A stretch of 57,912 nucleotides of DNA from Sphingobacteriales bacterium (GCA_004292865.1 RDXP01000116.1:1-57912), one strand, 5' to 3'. Shown: positions 1 to 9,605, counted from the stretch's first letter. Notes: generated by a model not told the origin, from the letters alone. Numbers and translations are program-made.

Positions 1-1236
1 ACTTTAAGGCTGTACCAGTCGGGCTATAAAACAAAATCGGTATTAAATTACGAAGACAACGCCACCAAATACGACGAAAGTTTTTTTAACCAAACTTTTA
101 GCAGAGCCGAGCTGCAAAACGATTACACTTTTACCCATACTTTTAAACTTACTGCTGGCGCAGGCGTACAACGCGAAAGTGTGGAAGCCACAAGGTACGA
201 TAATATTAAAGCCTTTACCTCGGGCTATGGCTACTTACAAGCCGATTGGCAACCTATTAAAAAAATGAATATTTTATTGGGAGCAAGGTACGATACCCAT
301 AGCGAATACCAAGCCCAATTTAGCCCCAAAATTGCGGCAAACTATATTTTTAGCAAACGCTTTACGGTGCTGGCATCGGTAGGGCGGGGCTATAAAGCAC
401 CCGATTTTAGGCAACTATACTTAAACTTTACCAACCCTGTGGCAGGTTACAGTGTTTTTGGGTACAACGAAGCTGCGGCTAGGGTAGCCCAATTTGAGCA
501 AGAGGGGCAAATACAGGCCATTTTAATTGATGCCGCAACGCTACAAAACCTAAATGCCGAAAGTTCTACATCGTTTAACTTAGGCTTTAAAGCCCAGCCG
601 TTTACCAAAATAAACTGGAGCGCAAATGTGTTTCGTAACAATGTACAAAACTTAATATCATCGGCACCTATTGCTATAAAAACCAACGGACAATCGGTTT
701 TTTCGTACTTTAACCTTAACCGCATTTATACCCAAGGTATAGAAACCGACTTAGGTTATCAGCTAATTAAAAACATTGAACTGGGTGGCGGCTTGCAATA
801 TTTACAGGCTTACGACCAAGCCGTTTTAGATAAAATTGCCCGTAGCGAAGTATTTACCCGCAACCCAATAAGCAACCTTACCGAGGCAGTAAAACGCAAA
901 AATTATGGTGGCTTGCCCAACCGAAGCAAGTACATGGCCAATGCCCGTATGGTTTATAATAACGATAAAAAAGATTTTTCAACCTCAATTAGGGCAATAT
1001 ACCGTGGCCGATATGGCTTGGGCGATAGCAACGGAAACGGCATTATAGACCAAGATAACGAATACGTAAAAGGCTATGTGCTGTTTAACGCATCTATATC
1101 AAAAAGCATTTTAAAAAATAAATTACGCTTACAGGCTACAGCCGATAATGTTTTTGATTTTAAAAACCCCGATTTTATAGCCAACCTACCTGGCCGCTTG
1201 CTGTACTTCGGCTTATCGTATCGCATTTCAAAATAA
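1..1236 (+). CDS. TonB-dependent heme receptor (HmuR-like), 5'-truncated by the window edge
   Basis: Frame +1 is open from base 1, upstream of the listed ORF start. TBDR barrel motifs LGARYD, FSPK, GRGYKAPDF, NLNAESS and DNVFD...PGRLLYFGLSY are present, and the gene sits directly upstream of hmuY. Confidence 0.85.
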   Translation, partial: TLRLYQSGYKTKSVLNYEDNATKYDESFFNQTFSRAELQNDYTFTHTFKLTAGAGVQRESVEATRYDNIKAFTSGYGYLQADWQPIKKMNILLGARYDTHSEYQAQFSPKIAANYIFSKRFTVLASVGRGYKAPDFRQLYLNFTNPVAGYSVFGYNEAAARVAQFEQEGQIQAILIDAATLQNLNAESSTSFNLGFKAQPFTKINWSANVFRNNVQNLISSAPIAIKTNGQSVFSYFNLNRIYTQGIETDLGYQLIKNIELGGGLQYLQAYDQAVLDKIARSEVFTRNPISNLTEAVKRKNYGGLPNRSKYMANARMVYNNDKKDFSTSIRAIYRGRYGLGDSNGNGIIDQDNEYVKGYVLFNASISKSILKNKLRLQATADNVFDFKNPDFIANLPGRLLYFGLSYRISK

Positions 1237-1261
1237 ATAATTATACACTCAAACAAAAAAA

Positions 1262-1882
1262 ATGAAAAATTTAAAAAACAGCTATTTAACACTTTTGGCA
1301 ATTGGTTTAGTTTCTTTATCCGCTTGCGATAAAAAAGAAGATACCGCAACCCCAGCACCCACAGTTTTAGAAATTAAAACCATAGCCGATTTAGATGGCA
1401 GTAAAACCACTGGAAACGGTGGCACTTATTTTAGCCTAAGCACTGGCTTAGAGGTTAAAGGAGCCGATACCCTAACCAATAAATGGGATATAAAATTTAC
1501 ACGCTCCAGCATATTAGTAAACAGTGGCACATCGGGCGGTGGTAGTACACAAGCACAGGTTGTAAACGGGGTATTTGAAAACCTAAGCACCGCACCCACC
1601 GATGGCTATAAAGCCGATGCCGCTGGCACACCAGCCACCGCAGGTTGGTACACTTACACAGGCCCAGGCGTACCTCCTCATGCAATTTTAGTAGTACCAG
1701 GTAAAATTGTGGTGCTAAAAACTGCCGAAAATAAATATGCCAAACTAGAAATGCTAAGCTATTATAAAGGTAACCCCAACCCAACATCGGCCGCTTTTAC
1801 AGATATGGCCACCCGCACACCCAGCCGTTATTACACCTTTAGGTATGTATTACAGCCCAATGGGAGTACAAAGTTAAACTAG
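1262..1882 (+). CDS. hmuY: HmuY-family heme-binding lipoprotein
   Basis: Lipobox LSA-C followed by DKKED. Motifs YFSLSTG, KWDIKF, GWYTY, KYAKLEMLSYY and YYTFRY; heme-uptake context. Confidence 0.88.
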   Translation: MKNLKNSYLTLLAIGLVSLSACDKKEDTATPAPTVLEIKTIADLDGSKTTGNGGTYFSLSTGLEVKGADTLTNKWDIKFTRSSILVNSGTSGGGSTQAQVVNGVFENLSTAPTDGYKADAAGTPATAGWYTYTGPGVPPHAILVVPGKIVVLKTAENKYAKLEMLSYYKGNPNPTSAAFTDMATRTPSRYYTFRYVLQPNGSTKLN

Positions 1883-1984
1883 GCTTTTAACACAAAAAAT
1901 TAACCATAAAATTAGTTTAGGTAGGTTAGCTTCCCCATAAAATGAAAGGTCTTCCTTTTTTAAATCGCAAAAAACACCATCACA

Positions 1985-2848
1985 ATGAATTTTAAAATTA
2001 AAGCAATAAAAATATTAAGTCCTTTGTTAATTATACTTTTTATAAGTACCCTAGCAAAGGCACAAACGGGTAAAAACAGCCTAAAAATAGTATCGCTAAA
2101 CGGCACCTTAAGCGAAATTATAGTAAGCCTAGGTTTACAAGCCAATTTAGTAGGCGTTGATATTACCAGCACTTACCCCGCTAGTTTAAATAAACTACCA
2201 AAAGTAGGGCATAACCGCAACCTATCGGCCGAGGGCATTTTGGCCTTACAACCCAACCTTATTATAGGTATAGCCAAAGATATTAAGCCCGAACTTGCAC
2301 AACAATTTAAAAGTGCAGGTATAAAAATGATGCTTTTTAACCAAGATTTTTCTTTTTCAGGGACCCAAAAGTTGGTTTTGGCTGTGGCCGATAGTTTAAA
2401 ACAAAGCCACAAAGCAAGTGCCATAATCAATAAAATTGAGAAAGATATGGCAACAGCCAAACCGTTTATAAAACCCAATATAAAACCCAAAATCCTGTTT
2501 ATTTACGCCCGTGGCACAGGTACAATGATGGTAGCAGGCAACGGTACGCAAGTACAAAAAATGGTACAACTGGCTGGTGGGCAAAATGCCACTACAGGAT
2601 TTAAAGATTTTAAACCCTTAACCGCCGAAAGTTTAGTATTGGCCAACCCCGATGTTATTTTACTGTTTGATACTGGCCTAGAAAGCCTAGGCGGCGCAAA
2701 TGGTTTGCAAAACGTACCAGGCATAGCCCAAACCAATGCAGGCAAAAACAAACGGATTATAGTAATGGATGGGCAATTGCTTTGTGGCTTTGGCCCAAGG
2801 CTAGGGTTGGCTGTGGCCGAGTTAGCTAAAAAATTAAATACAAAATAA
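1985..2848 (+). CDS. hmuT: Hemin ABC transporter substrate-binding protein
   Basis: KIVSLNGTLSEI, VGVDITSTYP, LSAEGILAL and DGQLLCGFGPR are typical of HmuT/ChuT. Confidence 0.88.
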   Translation: MNFKIKAIKILSPLLIILFISTLAKAQTGKNSLKIVSLNGTLSEIIVSLGLQANLVGVDITSTYPASLNKLPKVGHNRNLSAEGILALQPNLIIGIAKDIKPELAQQFKSAGIKMMLFNQDFSFSGTQKLVLAVADSLKQSHKASAIINKIEKDMATAKPFIKPNIKPKILFIYARGTGTMMVAGNGTQVQKMVQLAGGQNATTGFKDFKPLTAESLVLANPDVILLFDTGLESLGGANGLQNVPGIAQTNAGKNKRIIVMDGQLLCGFGPRLGLAVAELAKKLNTK

Positions 2849-2873
2849 AACACAAAATATGTACCCGCTAAAA

Positions 2874-3015
2874 GCCCGCAGCCCAAAGCCCACAGCCCGT
2901 TGCCCAAAGCCCACAGCCCACAGCCCACAGCCCACAGCCCGATAGCCCGCAGCCCGTTGCCCAAAGCCCACAGCCCAAAGCCCGACAGCCCGCAGCCCAT
3001 TGCCCGCAGCCCAAA
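2874..3015. repeat. Tandem heptamer repeat: 20 units of GCCC plus 3-4 nt (GCCCACA, GCCCAAA, GCCCGCA, GCCCGTT and others)
   Basis: Counted directly: 18 seven-mers and 2 eight-mers filling the hmuT-hmuU intergenic region. Confidence 0.95.
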
Positions 3016-3024
3016 TAAAAAACA

Positions 3025-4071
3025 ATGCAAAATAACTTAAAAAAACCACTACTTATTTTACTGTCCATATTGGGTTTGGTAATTACAATATCTTGCTGTT
3101 TAGGGTCGGTAAACATTGGCTTTAGTAGTTTTTTAAGCATCGTAAGCAACCAAATAGGCTTTAGCACCAGCATAAATTTTACGCCACAGCAACAAGCCGT
3201 ATTGGTGGCATTACGTTTACCAAGAGTATGCTTGGGCGTATTCATTGGTGCTGGCTTGGGCATATCGGGGGCGGCAATGCAAGGCCTTTTCAGAAACCCA
3301 CTAGCCGAACCTGGTTTAATAGGCATACAATCGGGGGCGGCACTATTTGCCGTAATGATGATAGTGCTACAAGTAAAAGTATTTACACAATTAACTAGCT
3401 TATTAGGCTATTATGCCTTAGCCATTGCCGCTTTTACGGGGGCTTGTATTACCACTTTTTTGGTGTATAGGTTGGCCATACAAAACGGTAAAACCGTAAT
3501 TACTACCCTGCTTTTATCGGGTATTGCTATAAATGCCCTGGCGGGTAGCTTTACAGGGTTACTTACCTACATGGCCACCGATGAGCAATTGCGGAGCATC
3601 ACCTTTTGGAGTTTGGGTAGCCTTGGCGGGGCAAGCTGGCAAACGCTAGGCTGTTTATTTCCTTTTATTGCTATACCTGTTTTTGTTTTACCTTTTTTTG
3701 CCAAAGCCTTAAATGCCATTGCCTTGGGCGAGGCACAAGCAAGCCATTTGGGTATAAATGTAGGCTTTACCAAAAAAATAATTATAGTATTGGCAACTAT
3801 GGCCGTGGGGGCATCGGTAGCGGTGGCGGGTATAATTGGTTTTATAGGTTTAATTATTCCGCATATACTACGTATGGCTTGCGGTGCCGATAATAAAATA
3901 ATTATACCAGCATCGGCAATTTTGGGAGCCGCAGTTTTAACCCTCGCCGATTTGGTTTCGCGTACCATTGTAGCACCTACCGAACTGCCTATCGGTATAA
4001 TAACCGCCTTAATTGGTACACCTGTATTTATTTACATTATTAACAGCCAACGCAAAAAAAACTACCAGTAA
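3025..4071 (+). CDS. hmuU: FecCD-family hemin ABC permease
   Basis: LRLPRV, QGLFRNPLAEPGLIG, GIIGFIGLIIPH and ELPIGIITA motifs. Confidence 0.92.
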   Translation: MQNNLKKPLLILLSILGLVITISCCLGSVNIGFSSFLSIVSNQIGFSTSINFTPQQQAVLVALRLPRVCLGVFIGAGLGISGAAMQGLFRNPLAEPGLIGIQSGAALFAVMMIVLQVKVFTQLTSLLGYYALAIAAFTGACITTFLVYRLAIQNGKTVITTLLLSGIAINALAGSFTGLLTYMATDEQLRSITFWSLGSLGGASWQTLGCLFPFIAIPVFVLPFFAKALNAIALGEAQASHLGINVGFTKKIIIVLATMAVGASVAVAGIIGFIGLIIPHILRMACGADNKIIIPASAILGAAVLTLADLVSRTIVAPTELPIGIITALIGTPVFIYIINSQRKKNYQ

Positions 4072-4072
4072 A

Positions 4073-4855
4073 ATGATAAACGTTAAAAATATATCGTACC
4101 AAATTAGTAAAAAACAGTTGCTACAAAACATTAGCTTTAGCGTAAAAAGTGGCGAAATAGTGGCTATAATTGGCGCAAATGGTGCAGGTAAAAGTACTTT
4201 ATTAAAAATTCTTTGTCAGGAGATAAACCCAACTGCTGGCCAAATTTTTATCAATAACAAAATAACCAACAATTATAACCTAGGCGAGCTAGCCAAACTA
4301 CGGGCTGTTTTGGCGCAACACAATACGCTATCAATGCAGTTTACTGTAAAAGAACTGGTTACAATGGGGCGTTACCCGCATTTTAAGCATCGGCCACAGC
4401 CAAATGATGTAGCTATAATAAACCAAACAATGCAAGAAACAGGGGTTTTTGAATTCGCTTACCGCGATTATAATACGCTATCGGGTGGCGAGCAGCAAAG
4501 GGTACAACTGGCCCGTGTGCTAGCTCAAATTTACGATAGCCCGAACGCTTTTTTATTGCTAGACGAGCCCACTAATGGGCTAGATTTGCTGTACCAACAG
4601 CAAATACTAAACACCGCCCGCAAAATGGCCAACAAGGGCTTTGGCGTAGTGTGCATTTTACATGATATTAATTTGGCATCGGCTTATGCCGATAAAATAT
4701 TGATACTTAAAAATGGCCAAAATATTGCTTTAGGTAGCCCAAGCGAAGTTATTAATTGCTACAATATACATAAAGCGTTTAATATTAATGTGCAGTTAAT
4801 GCCCTGCGAAGGGTTTAATTGCCCTTTGGTAGTACCTAGTTTTTTAAGTGCTTAG
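4073..4855 (+). CDS. hmuV: Hemin ABC transporter ATPase
   Basis: Walker A GANGAGKS, signature LSGGEQQRV and Walker B LLLDEPT. The ATG at 4073, just after the hmuU stop, is preferred over 4013. Confidence 0.92.
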   Translation: MINVKNISYQISKKQLLQNISFSVKSGEIVAIIGANGAGKSTLLKILCQEINPTAGQIFINNKITNNYNLGELAKLRAVLAQHNTLSMQFTVKELVTMGRYPHFKHRPQPNDVAIINQTMQETGVFEFAYRDYNTLSGGEQQRVQLARVLAQIYDSPNAFLLLDEPTNGLDLLYQQQILNTARKMANKGFGVVCILHDINLASAYADKILILKNGQNIALGSPSEVINCYNIHKAFNINVQLMPCEGFNCPLVVPSFLSA

Positions 4856-4890
4856 GTAATATGGAGGGAGGAAACGGTAATGAATAATAT

Positions 4891-5304
4891 TCAAAAATGT
4901 AATAAAAAATCGGCTGCGTTGAGTATAGAAATGTTACGAAAGGGGTGCATTTGCAGTAAATGTTTATCGCCCGATATGATGCAGGAAGCACCTATATCAA
5001 AAGCCAAGTTTAAAAATTTATTGTCTTTGGGGTCAGTACAATCAGTAAAATCAGTTAATACATCAGCTAAATCGTATTTCATTTTAATTCGGGTTACAAA
5101 GTCTAACCTATCCTCAATGGTAAGATATTTATCGAATTTTTTTCTAGCCAATACGTCTGAAAGTTCTAAAAGTGTTGATTCCGAAAAAAATATTTTACCA
5201 ATTTTTTCAGCTTTTTGTAATGCGAGTTTATTAGTCGAATTAGCCAAAAGCGCAACACTTATTAATGCATTTGTATCAAAAACAAACCTAAGATTAGTTT
5301 TCAT
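4891..5304 (-). CDS. PIN-domain (VapC-like) putative toxin
   Basis: VFDTNALIS and CTDPKDNKFL...IISGDKHLL give the acidic PIN signature. Confidence 0.88.
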   Translation of the reverse strand: MKTNLRFVFDTNALISVALLANSTNKLALQKAEKIGKIFFSESTLLELSDVLARKKFDKYLTIEDRLDFVTRIKMKYDLADVLTDFTDCTDPKDNKFLNLAFDIGASCIISGDKHLLQMHPFRNISILNAADFLLHF

Positions 5305-5518
5305 TCAACAGCGCATTCAATTTTTCTTCTGTCATACCATTATCACTCGCTTTTTTGCTTATCCTATCTACAAATTGCCAAAAAGTATCATCGGCGGTAG
5401 CAAGAGAAGTGTTGATATAATTTTCAAAAGATTTTTCGATTGCTTTCTTTTTCTCGGTGGAAAACACATTCCATTTTTTCGCAGCAATTGCATTTACTTC
5501 AATCACAATTCGTTCCAT
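5294..5518 (-). CDS. Putative antitoxin of the PIN toxin
   Basis: 74 aa, upstream of and overlapping the toxin by 11 bp, with C-terminus NGMTEEKLNALL. Function is inferred from position. Confidence 0.7.
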   Translation of the reverse strand: MERIVIEVNAIAAKKWNVFSTEKKKAIEKSFENYINTSLATADDTFWQFVDRISKKASDNGMTEEKLNALLNEN

Positions 5519-5590
5519 AACCTATTAAATTAAAATCTCGTATAAAAATACCTAAAATAATTAATAATCAACAATCAAATCAAATATAAA

Positions 5591-6631
5591 ATGGAAACAA
5601 TAAGCAACACTTTACAACAACAATGGGAAGTTTTAAAAACCGAAAACCCTAAATTACGCATACGCGATGCCGCCCAACAATTACAAGTTAGCGAGGCGCA
5701 ATTGGTAGCGTTGGGTACTAATAATGTGTGGCTTAAAGCTGATTTTGAAGGCATACTTAAAGAGGTAGAAACGCTAGGCTATGTAATGGCACTAACCCGT
5801 AACCAGCATTGCGTACACGAGCGCAAGGGCGTTTATAAAAACTTATCGTTTAATGGTACAATGGGTTTGGCCGTTAACCCCGATATTGATTTACGCCTTT
5901 TTATGCCCCATTGGCATTTTGCCTTTGCTGTAAACGAGCAAGAGCGTTTAAGTTTACAGTTTTTTGATAATGATGGCAGTGCGGTACATAAAATATACTT
6001 AACCGATGCAAGCCACCTAAAAGCGTATCAAAAGTTGGTAAAAAAGTATAAAAACGAAAGCCCAGCAGCGTTAGCTATTAGGCCTACTGTTGCCTCTAAA
6101 GTTTCGGAAATTCCCGATAGCGACGTAGATATAGCAGGTTTTAAAAACGCTTGGTTGGCTTTAAAAGATACGCACCAATTTTTTGGTATGTTACACAATT
6201 TTAAAGTAAGCAGGTTGCAGGCTATGCGCTTAGCACCTCCCAATCACGCCAAGGAAATTAGTTTAGATGCTTTTAAAAAAATTTTTAAAACCCTGTCAAA
6301 CAGGGCTATACCTGTAATGGTTTTTACCGCAAGTGCGGGTTGCATACAAATACATACTGGTACTGTTATAAAAATTGTAGAAACCGGCTTTTGGTTTAAT
6401 GTGCTAGATACCGAGTTTAATATGCACCTTAACCAAACAGGTATAAGCAGTATATGGGTAGTAAAAAAACCCACCGATGATGGTATAGTTACAGGAATAG
6501 AAATTTTTGATAACGAAGGCAAAACCATAGTTCAGTTTTTTGGCAAACGTAAGCCTGGCATTGCCGAAAGTTTGGCTTGGCGAGCCGTGGTAGAAACGTT
6601 TAGTGTGGGCAATAGGATGGTACACGGTTAG
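5591..6631 (+). CDS. hmuS: HemS/HmuS/ChuS heme-degrading or trafficking protein
   Basis: RIRDAAQQLQVSEAQL, VHERKG, DLRLF, THQFF and QFFGKRKPG motifs. Confidence 0.92.
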   Translation: METISNTLQQQWEVLKTENPKLRIRDAAQQLQVSEAQLVALGTNNVWLKADFEGILKEVETLGYVMALTRNQHCVHERKGVYKNLSFNGTMGLAVNPDIDLRLFMPHWHFAFAVNEQERLSLQFFDNDGSAVHKIYLTDASHLKAYQKLVKKYKNESPAALAIRPTVASKVSEIPDSDVDIAGFKNAWLALKDTHQFFGMLHNFKVSRLQAMRLAPPNHAKEISLDAFKKIFKTLSNRAIPVMVFTASAGCIQIHTGTVIKIVETGFWFNVLDTEFNMHLNQTGISSIWVVKKPTDDGIVTGIEIFDNEGKTIVQFFGKRKPGIAESLAWRAVVETFSVGNRMVHG

Positions 6632-6638
6632 GTTTTTT

Positions 6639-7781
6639 TTAAAATGCTTCGCCCAGCGAAATATAAAAACCCGAAATTCTTTTTTCGCCTAGGGGTTTTT
6701 CGCCAAAGCCATAATCTAAGCGCAGGCTTAATGCTTTTTCTAAATCGAAAAAGAAACGGGCACCCAAGCCATAATTGGGTTTTAAATTGCGCAAAGCAAA
6801 TGCGTTATCTTGATACACCATACCTGTACCTAAAAAGCCAACCATACCTAATCGGGGAACAATACGGTACCTTAATTCGGCTTGCGAGGCTATTAAATGA
6901 GGCCCTCTAAAGCGGCCTATATAGTAGCCTCGCATCATTTGGTCGCCACCTAGTTGTGGTTGAAAATAAAAGGCCTCTACATTTTTGGTATAATTTAGTG
7001 TTTCGTAATTTACATTTAAGCCCAAAATCAAACTATTGGCTAGTTTTTTAAAGGCTCTTAAATCTACATCAAAATGCTTGCCTGTAAAATTATTGCCCCC
7101 AAAAAAATCAGGAACTATACTAAATCTCGAGCGTATAAAAACACCTTTTTCGGGGTAAATACTATTGTTTCGGGTATCGTAAAGTTGGTTTATTTTTAAA
7201 AAAAGAGCTTTTCCACCTGTTTTATCGCTTTCGGTTTTGCCCGTAAATATCCCTCCATCAGCTACATCTTCAAATTTTTGCTTGTCAAACTCGGCACCTA
7301 GGCCCAAATACAAATGCGTAAAAAATTCTTTTTCGGCTTCAACCCCAAGGCGGGTTTGTTTTAGCAATAGCCTATCGGCATCTGCTAGTTTGGTGTTGTT
7401 TCCTGTACCATAAAAATCAAATAATGTGCGGGCAAGCCGTATGTCTCCAGTAATATGATAGGCATTGTTTTTGGTCCAAATATCGGTTTTGGCCGAAATG
7501 CGGTTTTGCCCTTTGGTGCTATAAATTAGATTGGTAAAAAAGGTGGATGCCTTGTTGGTTGGATTTTTAATATCGGTGTAAAACGAATAAACACCTGCAA
7601 CACCTAGCTGTAAGCCAGCTTCTTGCGAGTAGCCCAAAACGGGTAAAGGCAAAAAACTATTGTGTCGGGTGGTATCGTCCGAAAATATTTTTTTGCTAAT
7701 ATTTTTTATCAATTTTACTTGTGCACACAAGCTAAATGGAAGTACCAATAAAAGGATTAGGGTAATTTGTTTTATTTTCAT
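6639..7781 (-). CDS. Omp85/BamA-TamA-like barrel protein without POTRA domains
   Basis: Signal peptide, YDTRNNSIYP, LGGDQMMRGY, LRLDYGFG and C-terminal LGEAF. Confidence 0.8.
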   Translation of the reverse strand: MKIKQITLILLLVLPFSLCAQVKLIKNISKKIFSDDTTRHNSFLPLPVLGYSQEAGLQLGVAGVYSFYTDIKNPTNKASTFFTNLIYSTKGQNRISAKTDIWTKNNAYHITGDIRLARTLFDFYGTGNNTKLADADRLLLKQTRLGVEAEKEFFTHLYLGLGAEFDKQKFEDVADGGIFTGKTESDKTGGKALFLKINQLYDTRNNSIYPEKGVFIRSRFSIVPDFFGGNNFTGKHFDVDLRAFKKLANSLILGLNVNYETLNYTKNVEAFYFQPQLGGDQMMRGYYIGRFRGPHLIASQAELRYRIVPRLGMVGFLGTGMVYQDNAFALRNLKPNYGLGARFFFDLEKALSLRLDYGFGEKPLGEKRISGFYISLGEAF

Positions 7782-8438
7782 ATTAATACCGAAGGTAAAT
7801 TTTACATTTCATTATTTTAAATTTATGGCAATTATAAATTATTTAAAATGCTAGTAGCACTAATTATTAAAAAATTAACCTTCATTTGCTATCTAAAGTT
7901 TAGGAGCAATGATGCCTCTTGTTTTTGAAATTTTAAACGCTTTTTTTATAATTAACTAAAGTTTCGTAGGTAAATAATGAGGTGGTTTTTTATCTTTTTT
8001 ATTTAAGATGGTGCAACAACCAGCTTTATGTTTTTTGCGCTTTTCCTTTGCGGTATTTGCAGTAAAAATATATCACAAAAAACACAAATATTTACGCAAA
8101 GCCCGTTGCTTATATATCCAGCTAATTTTATTAATAGGCCGCAATATAAGTATGTTTATGCGCCTTACTTCCTCCGAAAGTTTACATTTAACCTTAATTC
8201 GATTATTAAAACCATTGTTTTTTATAGTTTCGAATATGATTTGGACATTACCTGCCTTAAAATCGCAAAAACACTGATTTATAACAAATTATACTATAGT
8301 ATAACAATCGAACTCAGGTATTTAGTAATTAATGGGGGGGGGTAATTTATGTCTTAAACTGGGGGCTATTTATTATCACATTGCTTTAAGGTTTCGCCTT
8401 TATTTATTTGCCATCAATACACGAATTTTGGTGGATAC

Positions 8439-9605
8439 TTAAAAAATTGTTTTAACCAAAATTCCCAAAATTGCAGCTATTAAAATTATATAAGGTTCGG
8501 TAATTTTTTTAGTGTAAATTAATACCAAAGCTGCAGTTATGGCAATTGCGGCGGTAAAAATATCAGTAATAGAACGCATACCAATTACCACTACCGAACC
8601 CACCAAAGCCCCAATAACCGCAGCGGTAATGCCTGTAACAAAAGCTTTTATGCTTTGGTTTTTAGCAATTTTTTTAAACGATGGCGCAAAGGCAACTGTA
8701 AAAATATAGCAAGGCAAAAATGTGGCTAAAGCCGCCACACAAGCTCCCGGAAAACCCGCTACCAAATAGCCAATAAAGCCTACCGTAATTACTACAGGGC
8801 CTGGGGTTACCATTGCAACGGCAACGGCATCAATAAATTGGTGTTCGGTTAGCCAGCCAAATTGGGTTACCACGCCTGCATGTAAAAATGGTACTATGGC
8901 CAAGCCACTACCAAAAACAAATGCGCCTGCTTTGGTAAAAAACAGGGCAATATTAATTAATGTGGTTTGGTTATATTCCCAAAATCCTAGCCCAATAATT
9001 AATAAACTGGGTAAAACTTTTGGTTTTTTTATCCATTGTGGCGGGGCTTTTACCAGCATATAAATTATGCCAGCCAAAATAAAAAGCAATACTTCTTCGC
9101 GTTGGGTTATTACGGTAACTATAATGCCAATAACATAAAAAAGCCATAATAGCCAATGGGTTTTTAAGGCCCCAATTTCTAATTTACTTATAGATTTTAT
9201 GGTTAATTTATAGGCACTTAAAGCTATAATACCAATTACAGCTGCGCCCACGCCATAAAAAATAGCCTGCATTAAGGGCAAACCACTATAAACTTTATAG
9301 GCCATACCCAGCAAAACCACCATAATAAACGATGGCAATACAAAGGCCAAGCCAACCAAAGTTGCCCCCAATAAACCGTAATGCACAAAGCCAATGTAAA
9401 TACCCAATTGGGCAGCCAAAGGGCCAGGTGCTAGCTGCGCTAGGGCTAGGCCTTCTTTATACTCGTCTTCGGATAGCCATTTTTTGTTTTCAACTAAATC
9501 GCGGTTCATATAACCTACCAAGGCCACTGGGCCACCAAAGCCCCAAGTACCTAGTTTTAAAAAGTAGGTTACCAGTTGTTGTAGGGTGTAGTTTGTGTGT
9601 TTCAT
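8439..9605 (-). CDS. chrA: Chromate transporter (CHR family, long form)
   Basis: FLKLGTWGFGGP, LAQLAPGP, FVFGSG and VTPGP occur as duplicated CHR motifs. Confidence 0.92.
   Translation of the reverse strand: MKHTNYTLQQLVTYFLKLGTWGFGGPVALVGYMNRDLVENKKWLSEDEYKEGLALAQLAPGPLAAQLGIYIGFVHYGLLGATLVGLAFVLPSFIMVVLLGMAYKVYSGLPLMQAIFYGVGAAVIGIIALSAYKLTIKSISKLEIGALKTHWLLWLFYVIGIIVTVITQREEVLLFILAGIIYMLVKAPPQWIKKPKVLPSLLIIGLGFWEYNQTTLINIALFFTKAGAFVFGSGLAIVPFLHAGVVTQFGWLTEHQFIDAVAVAMVTPGPVVITVGFIGYLVAGFPGACVAALATFLPCYIFTVAFAPSFKKIAKNQSIKAFVTGITAAVIGALVGSVVVIGMRSITDIFTAAIAITAALVLIYTKKITEPYIILIAAILGILVKTIF

Noticed and set aside
1935-1985. Fluoride-riboswitch-like text (AATGAAAGGTCTTCC...AATCGC) before hmuT
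   Set aside because: The 5' stem and the 3' GCTGATGAC-like block are missing, and the gene context is wrong.
2874-3015. Possible CRISPR array
   Set aside because: The units are 7-8 bp with no unique spacers, and there are no cas genes.
2503-3326. Minus-strand ORFs with GCGLWA-type repeats (2503-3030, 2834-3049, 2868-3326)
   Set aside because: They are translation artefacts of the stop-free heptamer array and are antisense to hmuT/hmuU.
8008-8345. Short ORFs of 89 and 105 aa; possible phase-variable gene at the G9 tract
   Set aside because: They have no protein-like motifs, and shifting frame at the G tract gives only short extensions.
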